A stretch of 64,000 bases of DNA from Phoronis australis (taxonomy: Eukaryota > Animalia > Phoronida): the NCBI GenBank assembly GCA_002633005.1, contig NMRA01000024.1:704246-768245 (forward strand). The letters run 5' to 3'. The translations under genes and the position numbers were made by a program. The notes under the pieces were generated by a model, which was given only the letters and a program-made list of their open reading frames with translations, was not told the DNA's origin and ran no database searches. The first letter of the stretch is position 1, and the number at the start of each line of letters is the position of its first letter. Of the stretch, positions 11,239-21,600 are shown one piece after another.

Positions 11239-14200
11239 CTAAAATAGGAAACACAGAAATGTTACTAGAGTTTCTAAATGGGCACCTGAACAGAGCTGCA
11301 CCCGTTTGCATTAGTTGAGCCCCTCGAACTCAGTGATTTCGCGCAGTCGGTCTCGCCACCTGGTGACTGTTTTTCAAATTCTAACTTGCATTCGTTCTTC
11401 TCTTCAGTCAGGCTTTGAGTGGAGAGTGGTAAAAAATATAGGACGTCATTTATGACGGAAGGAGAATTCATGGCGAATGAAAACAATGATTAATTTGCCT
11501 GCAGAGACAATGATTGGTTTTCTAAAAGTGCGAAAAAGATTTGGACAGCACTTTTTTCTATATCCACTACCATTTCCCATGATTTCGTCCCAAGCTGTCG
11601 GGATCGGCAGGGAGTTTGACCAATGTTTAGATTTAATTTGATTAAGGTTTAATTTAATTGGAATTTAAAACAAAAATAGTCCTTACGATTTACATACTTT
11701 TGGCATTTTTAATCATTTTGTAGACGCCGGAAGCCATTTGTCTTATTTTCCGACATGTTTTGCTCAATATTGTGACATCCCAAAATTTTGCCTTCTTTTT
11801 CTTCGTGTTTTTCTAAAGATATTAATTCTGCGTGCGCGCGTGGCCACGTTAGACATTTCCTTTATTTACCCTCAAAGTTTGTTTACTTGAAATGGGGATA
11901 GGATTTTAAATATCCAAACCAATAAATATTGATCAATACCTTTATAAAAGAAAATTATACCATTGACCCTGTACCACCTTCATTCCAGTGCCTCGATATA
12001 GACGACATGCCGTCAAATAACGAACCCATGATGTTTGAATATGGACAATAATTATGCGTTTCTTATATAGTAATGATACATGATTAGATTCTAACTACAG
12101 TATTCATTTTAATGTATATATGTATCAGTTTTGAGCTTTTTTCTGATTGGATACTGATGTTGTCTTAATCGACGAGAAACGTGACCATTTGGTTCGTCCG
12201 AATTTCCTCGCTACATATTTATTACAATGCTTGTTTTCGAACTGTACTATCCAAATTGTATTTAAGATGATAACTAAGTCATCATCTGTTATCTCTCTCT
12301 ATCTCTTAAAATGGCAGTACTCACTGTACGTTTTTCCGTCGGACCCACAAACGGGTAACACCACGTGCAGACAGGCAAAGTTGCAGCTGATGGCCCTCTT
12401 AGTTTCATCTGTAGATTTGCATCGACCTTCGTAAGCCACTGCAGGAACTGCTCTTCCTCTTACTTTGGCGATGCACTTCTGAACTTCGAACTGGCACTGA
12501 TTGCCTAGAATTCATTTACCGAGTTGGATAGTCCTTTTAGTCAGAATAGTGCTTGCATTGGCTACTGCATTGTATTGATTAGGTGCACTCTATTTGTAAC
12601 ACATACCGTAGAGAGATTGGAACACAAAAAACTACTGACACGCCGCATCTATCTTCCTTGAAAGTGTCGTCAAGTCAGTTGTTGACGTTTTTTTGATCTT
12701 AAATGGACAGATACAAGATGAGTAAGAAGGAATGAGATTCTGGTCAGCTAATTTTGTCATTATTTACAAATAATTTTCTTTCTTCTCTTATGACTAAGTA
12801 AATATCTATCAGGCTTAAACATTATTCACAATTAATTAACACACGTTTTAAAACCTGTTCAGCTCTATACAGGTCACTGTGTTCTTCAAATAATACACGT
12901 TTTCCCAATTTTCTTGGATTTCCACACTGATTTGCTTAAATTAATGATTTTTGAACACCTGACAATGTGACAACATGACCACAATACCACAGCGTTCACT
13001 CTTTCAAAGTCGTGTTTATTCACAACGTTCTAAGATCTGAAGACATCCTCGGTGATCATGTTTTCAGAATCCTTAAACTTGTCCAAGCCTTTACTAAGTG
13101 TTTTCACAGTTCCCAGTGACAGTACTTTTTAGTGAGTGGGACTGGAGGTTCGTTTAGACGACATATTGCACAGGGATATGAAAATCACCGACTCGTGACT
13201 AGTTACGAAATACAAGTTGACTAGAAACAAAATCGTAAGTGTCGTTTCTACACAATTTGCTTGTGATGACGTTGAAGTGAATGGTAAATGACTATTTTTC
13301 ATTGTTTTCAGGGCAATTAATTGGTATTTTCCGGTGTTAACAGTACTTCTATATTCGTCTTAGCGTTGGTTTTGGGCAGCCAGTTTACACTAGATAAGGG
13401 CGAAGTCAGTGACGAAATGCTATCACAACGAACACCCTGAAAACGAATAGTATAGACCACAGACATCGCTTATTAAGATGTCTATGGTATAGACTTTGGG
13501 GATTCTGAAAATGCGTGAGTCGTCACAGGCTACATTAAAGAGTGTCTTCAGTGTTTAGATTACAACCTCTATGTTGACCTACCGTGCGTTTGACCAAGAG
13601 TGTCGCAGACTGGTTGATAAATCATAAAGCACCCCTTGAAGCACTGGTCGACAGATGGCGTAGTAAGCGGGGCTGCGAGGCAGCAGACAGCGAATCCTGA
13701 TAAGCATTATATTAGGCTTGACTTCAAGACATCAAGAGTATGTCATCTGTTTTAATTAAGATTATGCAGGATCTTGACGACAAGTCTTTGTATTAAGATC
13801 AACAATATGTCATCTTATATAATTAAGACTTTGTAAGACCTTGTCGACAAGTGCATGTATTAAGATCAACAATATGTCATCTAATATAATTAAGACTTTG
13901 TAAGACCTTGTCGACAAGTGCATGTATTAAGATCAACAATATGTCATCTTAATTAATTAGGCTATCATAAATGTAAGATATTGTCGGCAAGTCTATATGT
14001 ATTTAGCCAAATATCGGCAAAACTGTATACATACTGTATTCAAAACTACATATTTTCTGAAAATCGAAAGCCTGCAGACTTTGATTTTGACTTTTCACCA
14101 ATGTGCCTTTTGATTATGACTTCCTAGTTAAATTTAGCAAAAAGAATGATACATTAATAGCAAAATAACGGCATCAAAAATAAAACCAAATTTCATTTGA

Positions 14201-15041
14201 TACAAATGTTCAAGGTAAAATATAAAAAATACACTGTTACAGTTCTCCAAATTGTCGTTTCTTTTTCGTTTTACGCAACTTTTGATTTTTCGCCGGAAAA
14301 TCCTACTTTTGATAGCCCATCATGCAAAAAGGAAACATTTCAAAAAGAATTCCAAATTGCATTCTGGGTAATAGTGAATAAAGCAAGCTGTATGAATGTT
14401 AATCTCATCAGTGCAACTACGAATTATGATGCTCTATGGTGCTACGACAATCTTGTCTCTTCGAAATTGATACCGGAATTTTTGTAGAATTTCGTTTCCT
14501 ACTTCCTTCACGTTTGATAACGAAATTCTAGCAAAAATCATTCATAAAATACGTTATAAACCCTGGACTCAAAATGCAGTCAACCTGCCAATGCTTGAAA
14601 AGCCCATCAATGAAATGGAATTTTGCTCTAATCGTGTTTGATAAAGCTGACGATGAAGTTTCAATTCGAAAAAGCAGCATTGTGCACCATCAAGGGTCTG
14701 GTTCTTGAAAGACGACTTAAGACTTAAGACAGAGATTCGGCCTTACTCTCCGACACCACAACTGTTGACTAAATGTTAAGTCAAATAATTATGAATGCTT
14801 CATAGTCTAAAAATAATTTTCAGGAATTGTCTCAGCACAAACAAATTACATGTATATTCTCAGAGACTTTGCACTTTTGCTGACTGAAGTGAGACTTAAT
14901 TAGTTCTCGAAAATGGATGTGTCGTATGAAAAATCAATTTTCTGACTTTTAAAAGTCTGAAGTCACTTTTCATGAAACACGCCCCTGAGAAAAGCGCAGT
15001 AATTAAAACTTACCAAACACAAGGCACAAATGGTTCCACAT
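11150..15041 (-). CDS. Secreted two-domain Kazal-type serine protease inhibitor 'A', 136 aa (exons 15041-15014, 13696-13583, 12504-12325, 11238-11150)
   Basis: All introns are GT-AG phase 1. Spliced protein: MWNHLCLVFGFAVCCLA-APLTTPSVDQCFKGCFMIYQPVCDTLGQTHGNQCQFEVQKCIAKVRGRAVPAVAYEGRCKSTDETKRAISCNFACLHVVLPVCGSDGKTYSNSCYLRASNCKRRQEGEKVVSIKHKGRC*. It has a signal peptide and two C-x3-C-x7-C-x10-C-x6-C-x17-C domains. Confidence 0.93.
12325..12504 (-). CDS. Kazal A exon 3
   Basis: Acceptor ttctag, donor gtgagt; encodes NQC...YEGRC...PVCGSDGKTY. Confidence 0.94.
13583..13696 (-). CDS. Kazal A exon 2
   Basis: Acceptor ttatcag, donor gtaggt; encodes CFKGCFMIYQPVCD. Confidence 0.92.
13735..13990. 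repeat. 67-bp minisatellite (about 3.5 units) in Kazal A intron 1
   Basis: tattaagatcaacaatatgtcatc... recurs at 13791, 13858 and 13925. Confidence 0.9.
14005..14540. mobile_element. Truncated relative of the long-TIR element at 21798-22612
   Basis: Shares degenerate blocks (agccaaatatc, aaatttagcaaa, tttcgtttt..gcaa.ttttgattttt) with the left arm of 21798-22612. Confidence 0.5.
15014..15041 (-). CDS. Kazal A exon 1 (MWNHLCLVF; duplicate copy at 17102-17129)
   Basis: ATG to donor gtaagt, phase 1; completes a hydrophobic signal peptide with exon 2. Confidence 0.82.
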
Positions 15042-15895
15042 CGTTTATGATGACTACTGTTCCCAGGAGTCACAAAATTGATTTTAAATGACATTTTAGT
15101 TGATAAGAAGCCCGGATCGTGGAGGGCCGTGAGAGCGACCAGCAGGTTATGAACAACTCCCAGGGTCAAGATTCGAGGGTCCGTTAAAACACACCGAGCA
15201 TTATAACCGAAAAGTTAAACGGGTATAATGCTCTGACACGAGCTTCATAGAAGTTTATGATTTCCGCAATAAAGTCTTGCGACAAAATCGCTTAATTCGA
15301 CTGTACATGCTAGGCGCACGGGTCTTACGTGCGCACATGCGGTATAAACTGACGTTGCCCACCCTGGCACGTGAAATAATTTAACGGGTGCTTGTTTTGA
15401 TTTTTTAAAGTGACATTAGCGGTTTTACTGCCGAAAAACACGTCTTGGGGACTATTGTTCAATGGGAAAGACTTCTTGACCAGAGCAATAAAACAATAAA
15501 GTCCATTTTTCTGTTGTGATTCCATAACAAACCGCCAATCCTCGTCGTCGGCTGCCGGACATTTGATGAAATCAAGGACAGTGGATTTTCAAATTATAAT
15601 TGCTTAAAGCCCTATCTATACTTGTCAGCAGGTGGGATTAATCCGCCGGCAAACCGTTAAGCTGTAACCATGGGAGTTCCAAGTCCGAATCCGCGAATGA
15701 AGCTAGTCTTTGACATTTCCTCGCCAATGGTGTCCCTTTACAGACGTCTATGACGTTGAAACTGAATTTATTGACAGATCAGTAAAAGTGTTAAAAGCAA
15801 ACGAAGAAGATCTCAGATCAGTGGAGATTTATTAGTTCAAGATAAGTACACATAAATTTCACAGTTCACTGTATTGTACTTCGATTTTCCGCCTC

Positions 15896-15996
15896 TTATA
15901 ACTGGTCTGAGCAAGGTTCTTTGCCGTAAACGGTGATTTCCTCAAATCCACGTTTCTTATTCACGCAGCTTTGTACACCGAGTTCGCAGTCGTTGC
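15896..15996 (-). CDS. Kazal B terminal exon, duplicate (other haplotype)
   Basis: Same coding sequence as 17977-18077, inside the 14543-16629 copy. Confidence 0.75.
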
Positions 15997-16447
15997 CTAC
16001 AAAATTTGAATGTTGCTTAGGACAACAAAGCATAGTTCGTCTCATTTCAAGACCTGTGCTCACTGACTAAACAATAATAATAATAAAAACGCCCTTCGCA
16101 GCAATTTCAGCCAAAGTCTTGTGTTTTTGAAAGGTGGGCAAAGTCACTTAAGCAAGGATAAACAAGTTAGGCATGAATTGCCAAGCGATAAGTAAACCAA
16201 ACAAAAAACAAATCTCGCATCATTTTTACTCGTCTCCGGTGGATTCTTTTATGAAAAAGTGAACAACTGAAAATACCGTAACATTGATTCGATTTTTAAA
16301 AACACACGTACCCATACCCAACTATGATTGTTGGCCTGATGTACAATTTAACAATTACGTTGTTATGAAGCTGTAGTAACGGCAAGGAGAATTTCAGAAA
16401 TGTATCGAGTACAAAGTGCTTACCAAGGTCAGCCTGACGACGGCAAC

Positions 16448-16581
16448 TGTGATGATGAAGACAGTGATGAGAATGATGATGATGATGACGACAGGGATGT
16501 GGGTGGTGATCACGGAAATGATGATGGTGATGATGATGATGATGATGAGGGTGATGATGATGATGATGATGATGATGATGT

Positions 16582-16629
<48 letters not shown>
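16448..16629. repeat. (GAT)n microsatellite (also 18525-18649 and 19720-19910)
   Basis: Direct inspection. It lies in the last intron of Kazal B. Confidence 0.97.
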
Positions 16630-16630
16630 N

Positions 16631-18604
16631 CATAAAATACGTTATAAACCCTGGACTCAAAATGCAGTCAACCTGCCAATGCTTGAAAAGCCCATCAATG
16701 AAATGGAATTTTGCTCTAATCGTGTTTGATAAAGCTGACGATGAAGTTTCAATTCGAAAAAGCAGCATTGTGCACCATCAAGGGTCTGGTTCTTGAAAGA
16801 CGACTTAAGACTTAAGACAGAGATTCGGCCTTACTCTCCGACACCACAACTGTTGACTAAATGTTAAGTCAAATAATTATGAATGCTTCATAGTCTAAAA
16901 ATAATTTTCAGGAATTGTCTCAGCACAAACAAATTACATGTATATTCTCAGAGACTTTGCACTTTTGCTGACTGAAGTGAGACTTAATTAGTTCTCGAAA
17001 ATGGATGTGTCGTATGAAAAATCAATTTTCTGACTTTTAAAAGTCTGAAGTCACTTTTCATGAAACACGCCCCTGAGAAAAGCGCAGTAATTAAAACTTA
17101 CCAAACACAAGGCACAAATGGTTCCACATCGTTTATGATGACTACTGTTCCCAGGAGTCACAAAATTGATTTTAAATGACATTTTAGTTGATAAGAAGCC
17201 CGGATCGTGGAGGGCCGTGAGAGCGACCAGCAGGTTATGAACAACTCCCAGGGTCAAGATTCGAGGGTCCGTTAAAATACACCGAGCATTATAACCGAAA
17301 AGTTAAACGGGTATAATGCTCTGACACGAGCTTCATAGAAGTTTATGATTTCCGCAATAAAGTCTTGCGACAAAATCGCTTAATTCGACTGTACATGCTA
17401 GGCGCACGGGTCTTACGTGCGCACATGCGGTATAAACTGACGTTGCCCACCCTGGCACGTGAAATAATTTAACGGGTGCTTGTTTTGATTTTTTAAAGTG
17501 ACATTAGCGGTTTTACTGCCGAAAAACACGTCTTGGGGACTATTGTTTAATGGGAAAGACTTCTTGACCAGAGCAATAAAACAATAAAGTCCATTTTTCT
17601 GTTGTGATTCCATAACAAACCGCCAATTCTCGTCTTCGGCTGCCGGACATTTGATGAAATCAAGGACAGTGGATTTTCAAATTATAATTGCTTAAAGCAC
17701 TATACTTGTCATCAGGTGGGATTAATCCGCCGGCAAACCGTTAAGCTGTAACCATGGGAGTTCCAAGTCCGAATCCACGAATGAAGCTAGTCTTTGACAT
17801 TTCCTCGCCAATGGTGTCCCTTTATAGACGTCTATGACGTTGAAACTGAATTTATTGGCAGATCAGTAAAAGTGTTAAAAGCAAACGAAGAAGATCTCAG
17901 ATCAGTGGAGTTTTATTAGTTCAAGATAAGTACACATAAACTTCACAGTTCACTGTATAGTTCGATTTTCCGCCTCTTATAACTGGTCTGAGCAAGGTTC
18001 TTTGCCGTAAACGGTGATTTCCTCAAATCCACGTTTCTTATTCACGCAGCTTTGTACACCGAGTTCGCAGTCGTTGCCTACAAAATTTGAATGTTGCTTA
18101 GGACAACAAAACATAGTTCGTCTCATTTCAAGACCTGTGCTCACTGACTAAACAATAATAATAAAAACACCCTTCGCAGCAATTTCAGCCAAAGTCTTGT
18201 GTTTTTTGAAGGGTGGGTAATGTCACGTAAGCAAGGATAAGCAAGTAAGGCATGAATTGCCAAGCGATGAGTAAACCAAACAAAAACAAATCCCGCATCA
18301 TTTTTACTCGTCTCCGATGGATTTTTTATGAAAAAGTGAACAACTAAAAATACCGTAACAAGGATTCGATTTTCAAAAACACACGTACCCATACCCAACT
18401 ATGCTTGTTGGCCTGATGTACAATTTAACAATTAAGTTGTTATGAAGCTGTAGTAACGGCAAGGAGAGTCTCAGAAATGTATCGAGTACAAAGTGCTTAC
18501 CAAGGTCAGCCTGACGACGGCAACTGTGATGATGAAGACAATGATGAGAATGATGATGATGACGACAGGGATGTGAATGGTGATCACGGAAATGATGATG
18601 ATGG

Positions 18605-18649
<45 letters not shown>
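16631..18649 (+). repeat. Second copy of 14543-16629; probable alternate haplotype
   Basis: Starts right after the single N at 16630 and is near-identical. Both copies end in the same (GAT)n tract. Confidence 0.9.
17977..18077 (-). CDS. Kazal B terminal exon
   Basis: Acceptor ttttgtag; encodes NDCELGVQSC...EPCSDQL then TAA. Confidence 0.9.
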
Positions 18650-21600
18650 NNNNNNNNNNNNNNNNNNNNNNNNNNNNNNNNNNNNNNNNNNNNNNNNNNN
18701 NNNNNNNNNNNNNNNNNNNNNNNNNNNNNNNNNNNNNNNNNNNNNNNNNNNNNNNNNNNNNNNNNNNNNNNNNNNNNNNNNNNNNNNNNNNNNNNNNNNN
18801 NNNNNNNNNNNNNNNNNNNNNNNNNNNNNNNNNNNNNNNNNNNNAACAAGAGCGTAGGGAAATGTTGAGTTTATTAATTAACCCCGGTAATTAACATTAT
18901 ACGGCTGAAACAAGATTTAAATGTGTTCAGTTTTAATGTTTGGGGGGGGGGCTCAGATCCAATTTCAAGTGTCAAATTCGGAACACGGCGCAATCGTAAC
19001 GGAACTATGGTTAAGTATAGGCTCTCCCGCGATATCTCGGGCGACCGGCAGTGGCGCTGGGCACTACGACTTCGTTTCCGTCGTCTGCTCCACTGTGCAA
19101 TGAAGAAATTACTTCATTTTTTAAAGAAACTGGAATATTAGTGATGGTGAAAAAACAGAAGCTGCTGGTAAGATGTCACTTTTAAAAGAAGCTTTAGTGA
19201 ATCACTCAGAAACTCAATTCTCTCTTTGTCAAACCTTAACTTAAGACGATTTCCAAAGCAATCGCGTCAATATGGCCAACACAAAAAACGGATTTGGTCT
19301 TTTGAGCAATTGAAGACTATTTTAAATACAACAAATTTGAAAACTGATTGCACAAAATATAAAACATGTAATAAGCATTACAAAAAGAAGGAGTTATCGC
19401 GCGCAAACGCTGTGGACAACAAATAAGTAGGTCTCTAAGTATAAGATTAGTAGTTAAATCGTGGTAAAGCACTCTCGCTCTTTCCGCTAGGTTGTGAGTT
19501 CGAGTCTGTGGTATTTGCAGATTTTCCTGGTTGACACTTTCTTCGTTTTTTTGCCTTTTTTCTTGGATAATACTTCGGGAATCAAGGAAAATGCTTGATT
19601 TTTTGAGGAAAAAACAGAAAGATTTCCATTCGGTGCTATGCGCATCTACAATCGTGCTTGGATCAAATGTTTACAGACAAAATGTTGGGCCCCCTTGTGA
19701 TATCCTAGATCCGCCACTTAGATGATGGTGATGGTGATGGTGATGATGGTGATGGTGATGGTGATGGTGATGGTGACGATGGCAATGACAATGATGATAA
19801 GGAAGATTATGGCGATGGTAATTATAAGATGTCTATAATTGTGGTCATAGTGATGACGACGACGGTGATATTAAAGATGATGGTTGGGTGATGGTGGTGG
19901 TGAATTTGAAAATGATACTAATTAATGATTGCAGTGTTGGAGATGGCGACACTGGTTACAAAAGATCTCGTGTTCTTGCGCAATCCGATAACATGTGTAA
20001 ACTCACTGTAGGTATTTCCGTCACTGCCGCACACAGGAGCAAAGATGAACGGACACGCCATTGGGCAGCATTCTCCCTTGTAATCTATGGCTATTGGCGC
20101 CTTCCCATATGTCTTGGCTTTGCAGTTAGCTGCTTCTAATTCACAGTCGTTGGCTCAAAACAGAAAAAAAAACGTACTGTCTCACATAAATCTTGTCTTT
20201 CTCACAAGACATTATGTAGTGTACATTATCAACAATGGCGTATTTCCAACATGCAAGAATTAAAATCGAAAAATACCGCTCTGTAGAAAAGTAAGTAAAG
20301 TGATTCTAAAAGGTAGAAAACAGATAAGGTACCGTCATGTTAACACGAAAATCAACTAAATCAGAATAATACGCAAAGTTGCTGACGTGAATCATCTTAA
20401 TTTATGTTAATAGACATAACAGTAAGTGCGCGTTGTCAAAGATGTAAACACCCTACGGAAACGAAAGTTGCCACCACAGTAGGTACGCGCCGGTTCTCAG
20501 TGTTAGCTGTGATCATCAATCGGTAGCAGTCTCATTTCTGTGACAAAGTCCTCTTAGGCAGTTCATTCAAAGGTCATTTCATTGTTAATTTCAGCAAAAT
20601 ATGCTCTTTTACTTCCAGTACTCACAGTGGGTCTGGAAATCGGTGCCACAAACTGGAGCGTAGATATCCGGGCAAACTGTATTGCACTTGCATCGACCAT
20701 CGTATTTAAGCGTCGGAACTGTCTCGCCCTTTGACCTGGCGACACACTGAGCTATCTCCAACATGCACTTGTTGCCTAGTAACGGAAGAAAGGAAACTCT
20801 AATAAGCACTGTCCACGCGATTCTGTTTTCGTTTGAAAACGTAATTTTGCGTTTTCAAAGTTTTCTGTCCACATAAATTTGCTGATACGCCAGCGTTTTC
20901 GAAAAATTGTGTTTTCAGTTGTAGGTACATGTGGACGGACGGCGTATCGGTAAAAAGGTTGCCAAGGAGATTATATTCAAAAGTTTCGTTTTGGTTGTCT
21001 AATGGGTGTATTCTTGTGGACGGAAGCCGTATCCGTAAAGAGAAAGTTGACACAACTGTGCTACACGACATGAAATGGAAGATTGCATAAGACTAGTTTT
21101 GGACGAAAAACCGGATGTATTTAGTGTAAGAAGTATACGTTAAGAATTGAATTTTGAAATTACTGGGTGTTTCAACATTAATAACGTGTATTGTATACTT
21201 AAATTCAACTACAGGTAATAAATTTTAAACTTTTCTACTTTACGCCTAATAGGAAATAACGGATAACGTCATTAAAATCGCTTTGGTGTGAAAATCACTA
21301 TTTAAAGTACTAATCCACTTAAAATTCGGCGTTTCAATTCGACAATAAAAGCACTAAAGCCCAAATTAGACCACTTAGGTTCCTTTAAAATTTCTCTCAA
21401 TCCTAGCACAGAACTCTTGATTCTAGGAATCAATGACAAATACAATGCAGTTATAGCTGAAATATAAAGTTTAACTTGATTGAAGACTGAACTCAGTAAA
21501 ATGCAAGAATTCCTTAGATTCTCACTCTTTTCGTCTAAGGCAATATAGACAGGCTTTCTCGATTGTGCGTTATCAGACGAATGGCAATTTTTTGGTTTCC

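Noticed and set aside
13735-13990. Regular repeats resembling a CRISPR array
   Set aside because: These are contiguous 67-bp tandem units without unique spacers, in a eukaryotic intron, with no cas genes.
15896-15910. Kazal B C-terminus SDQL as an ER-retention signal
   Set aside because: It lacks the penultimate Glu of the [KRHQSA][DENQ]EL pattern, so the evidence is insufficient.
16394-16796. Poly-Asp / poly-Met / poly-Ile ORFs suggesting an acidic biomineral protein (also 18373-18894)
   Set aside because: These are translations of an intronic (GAT)n microsatellite that run through Ns, with no signal peptide or supporting exons.
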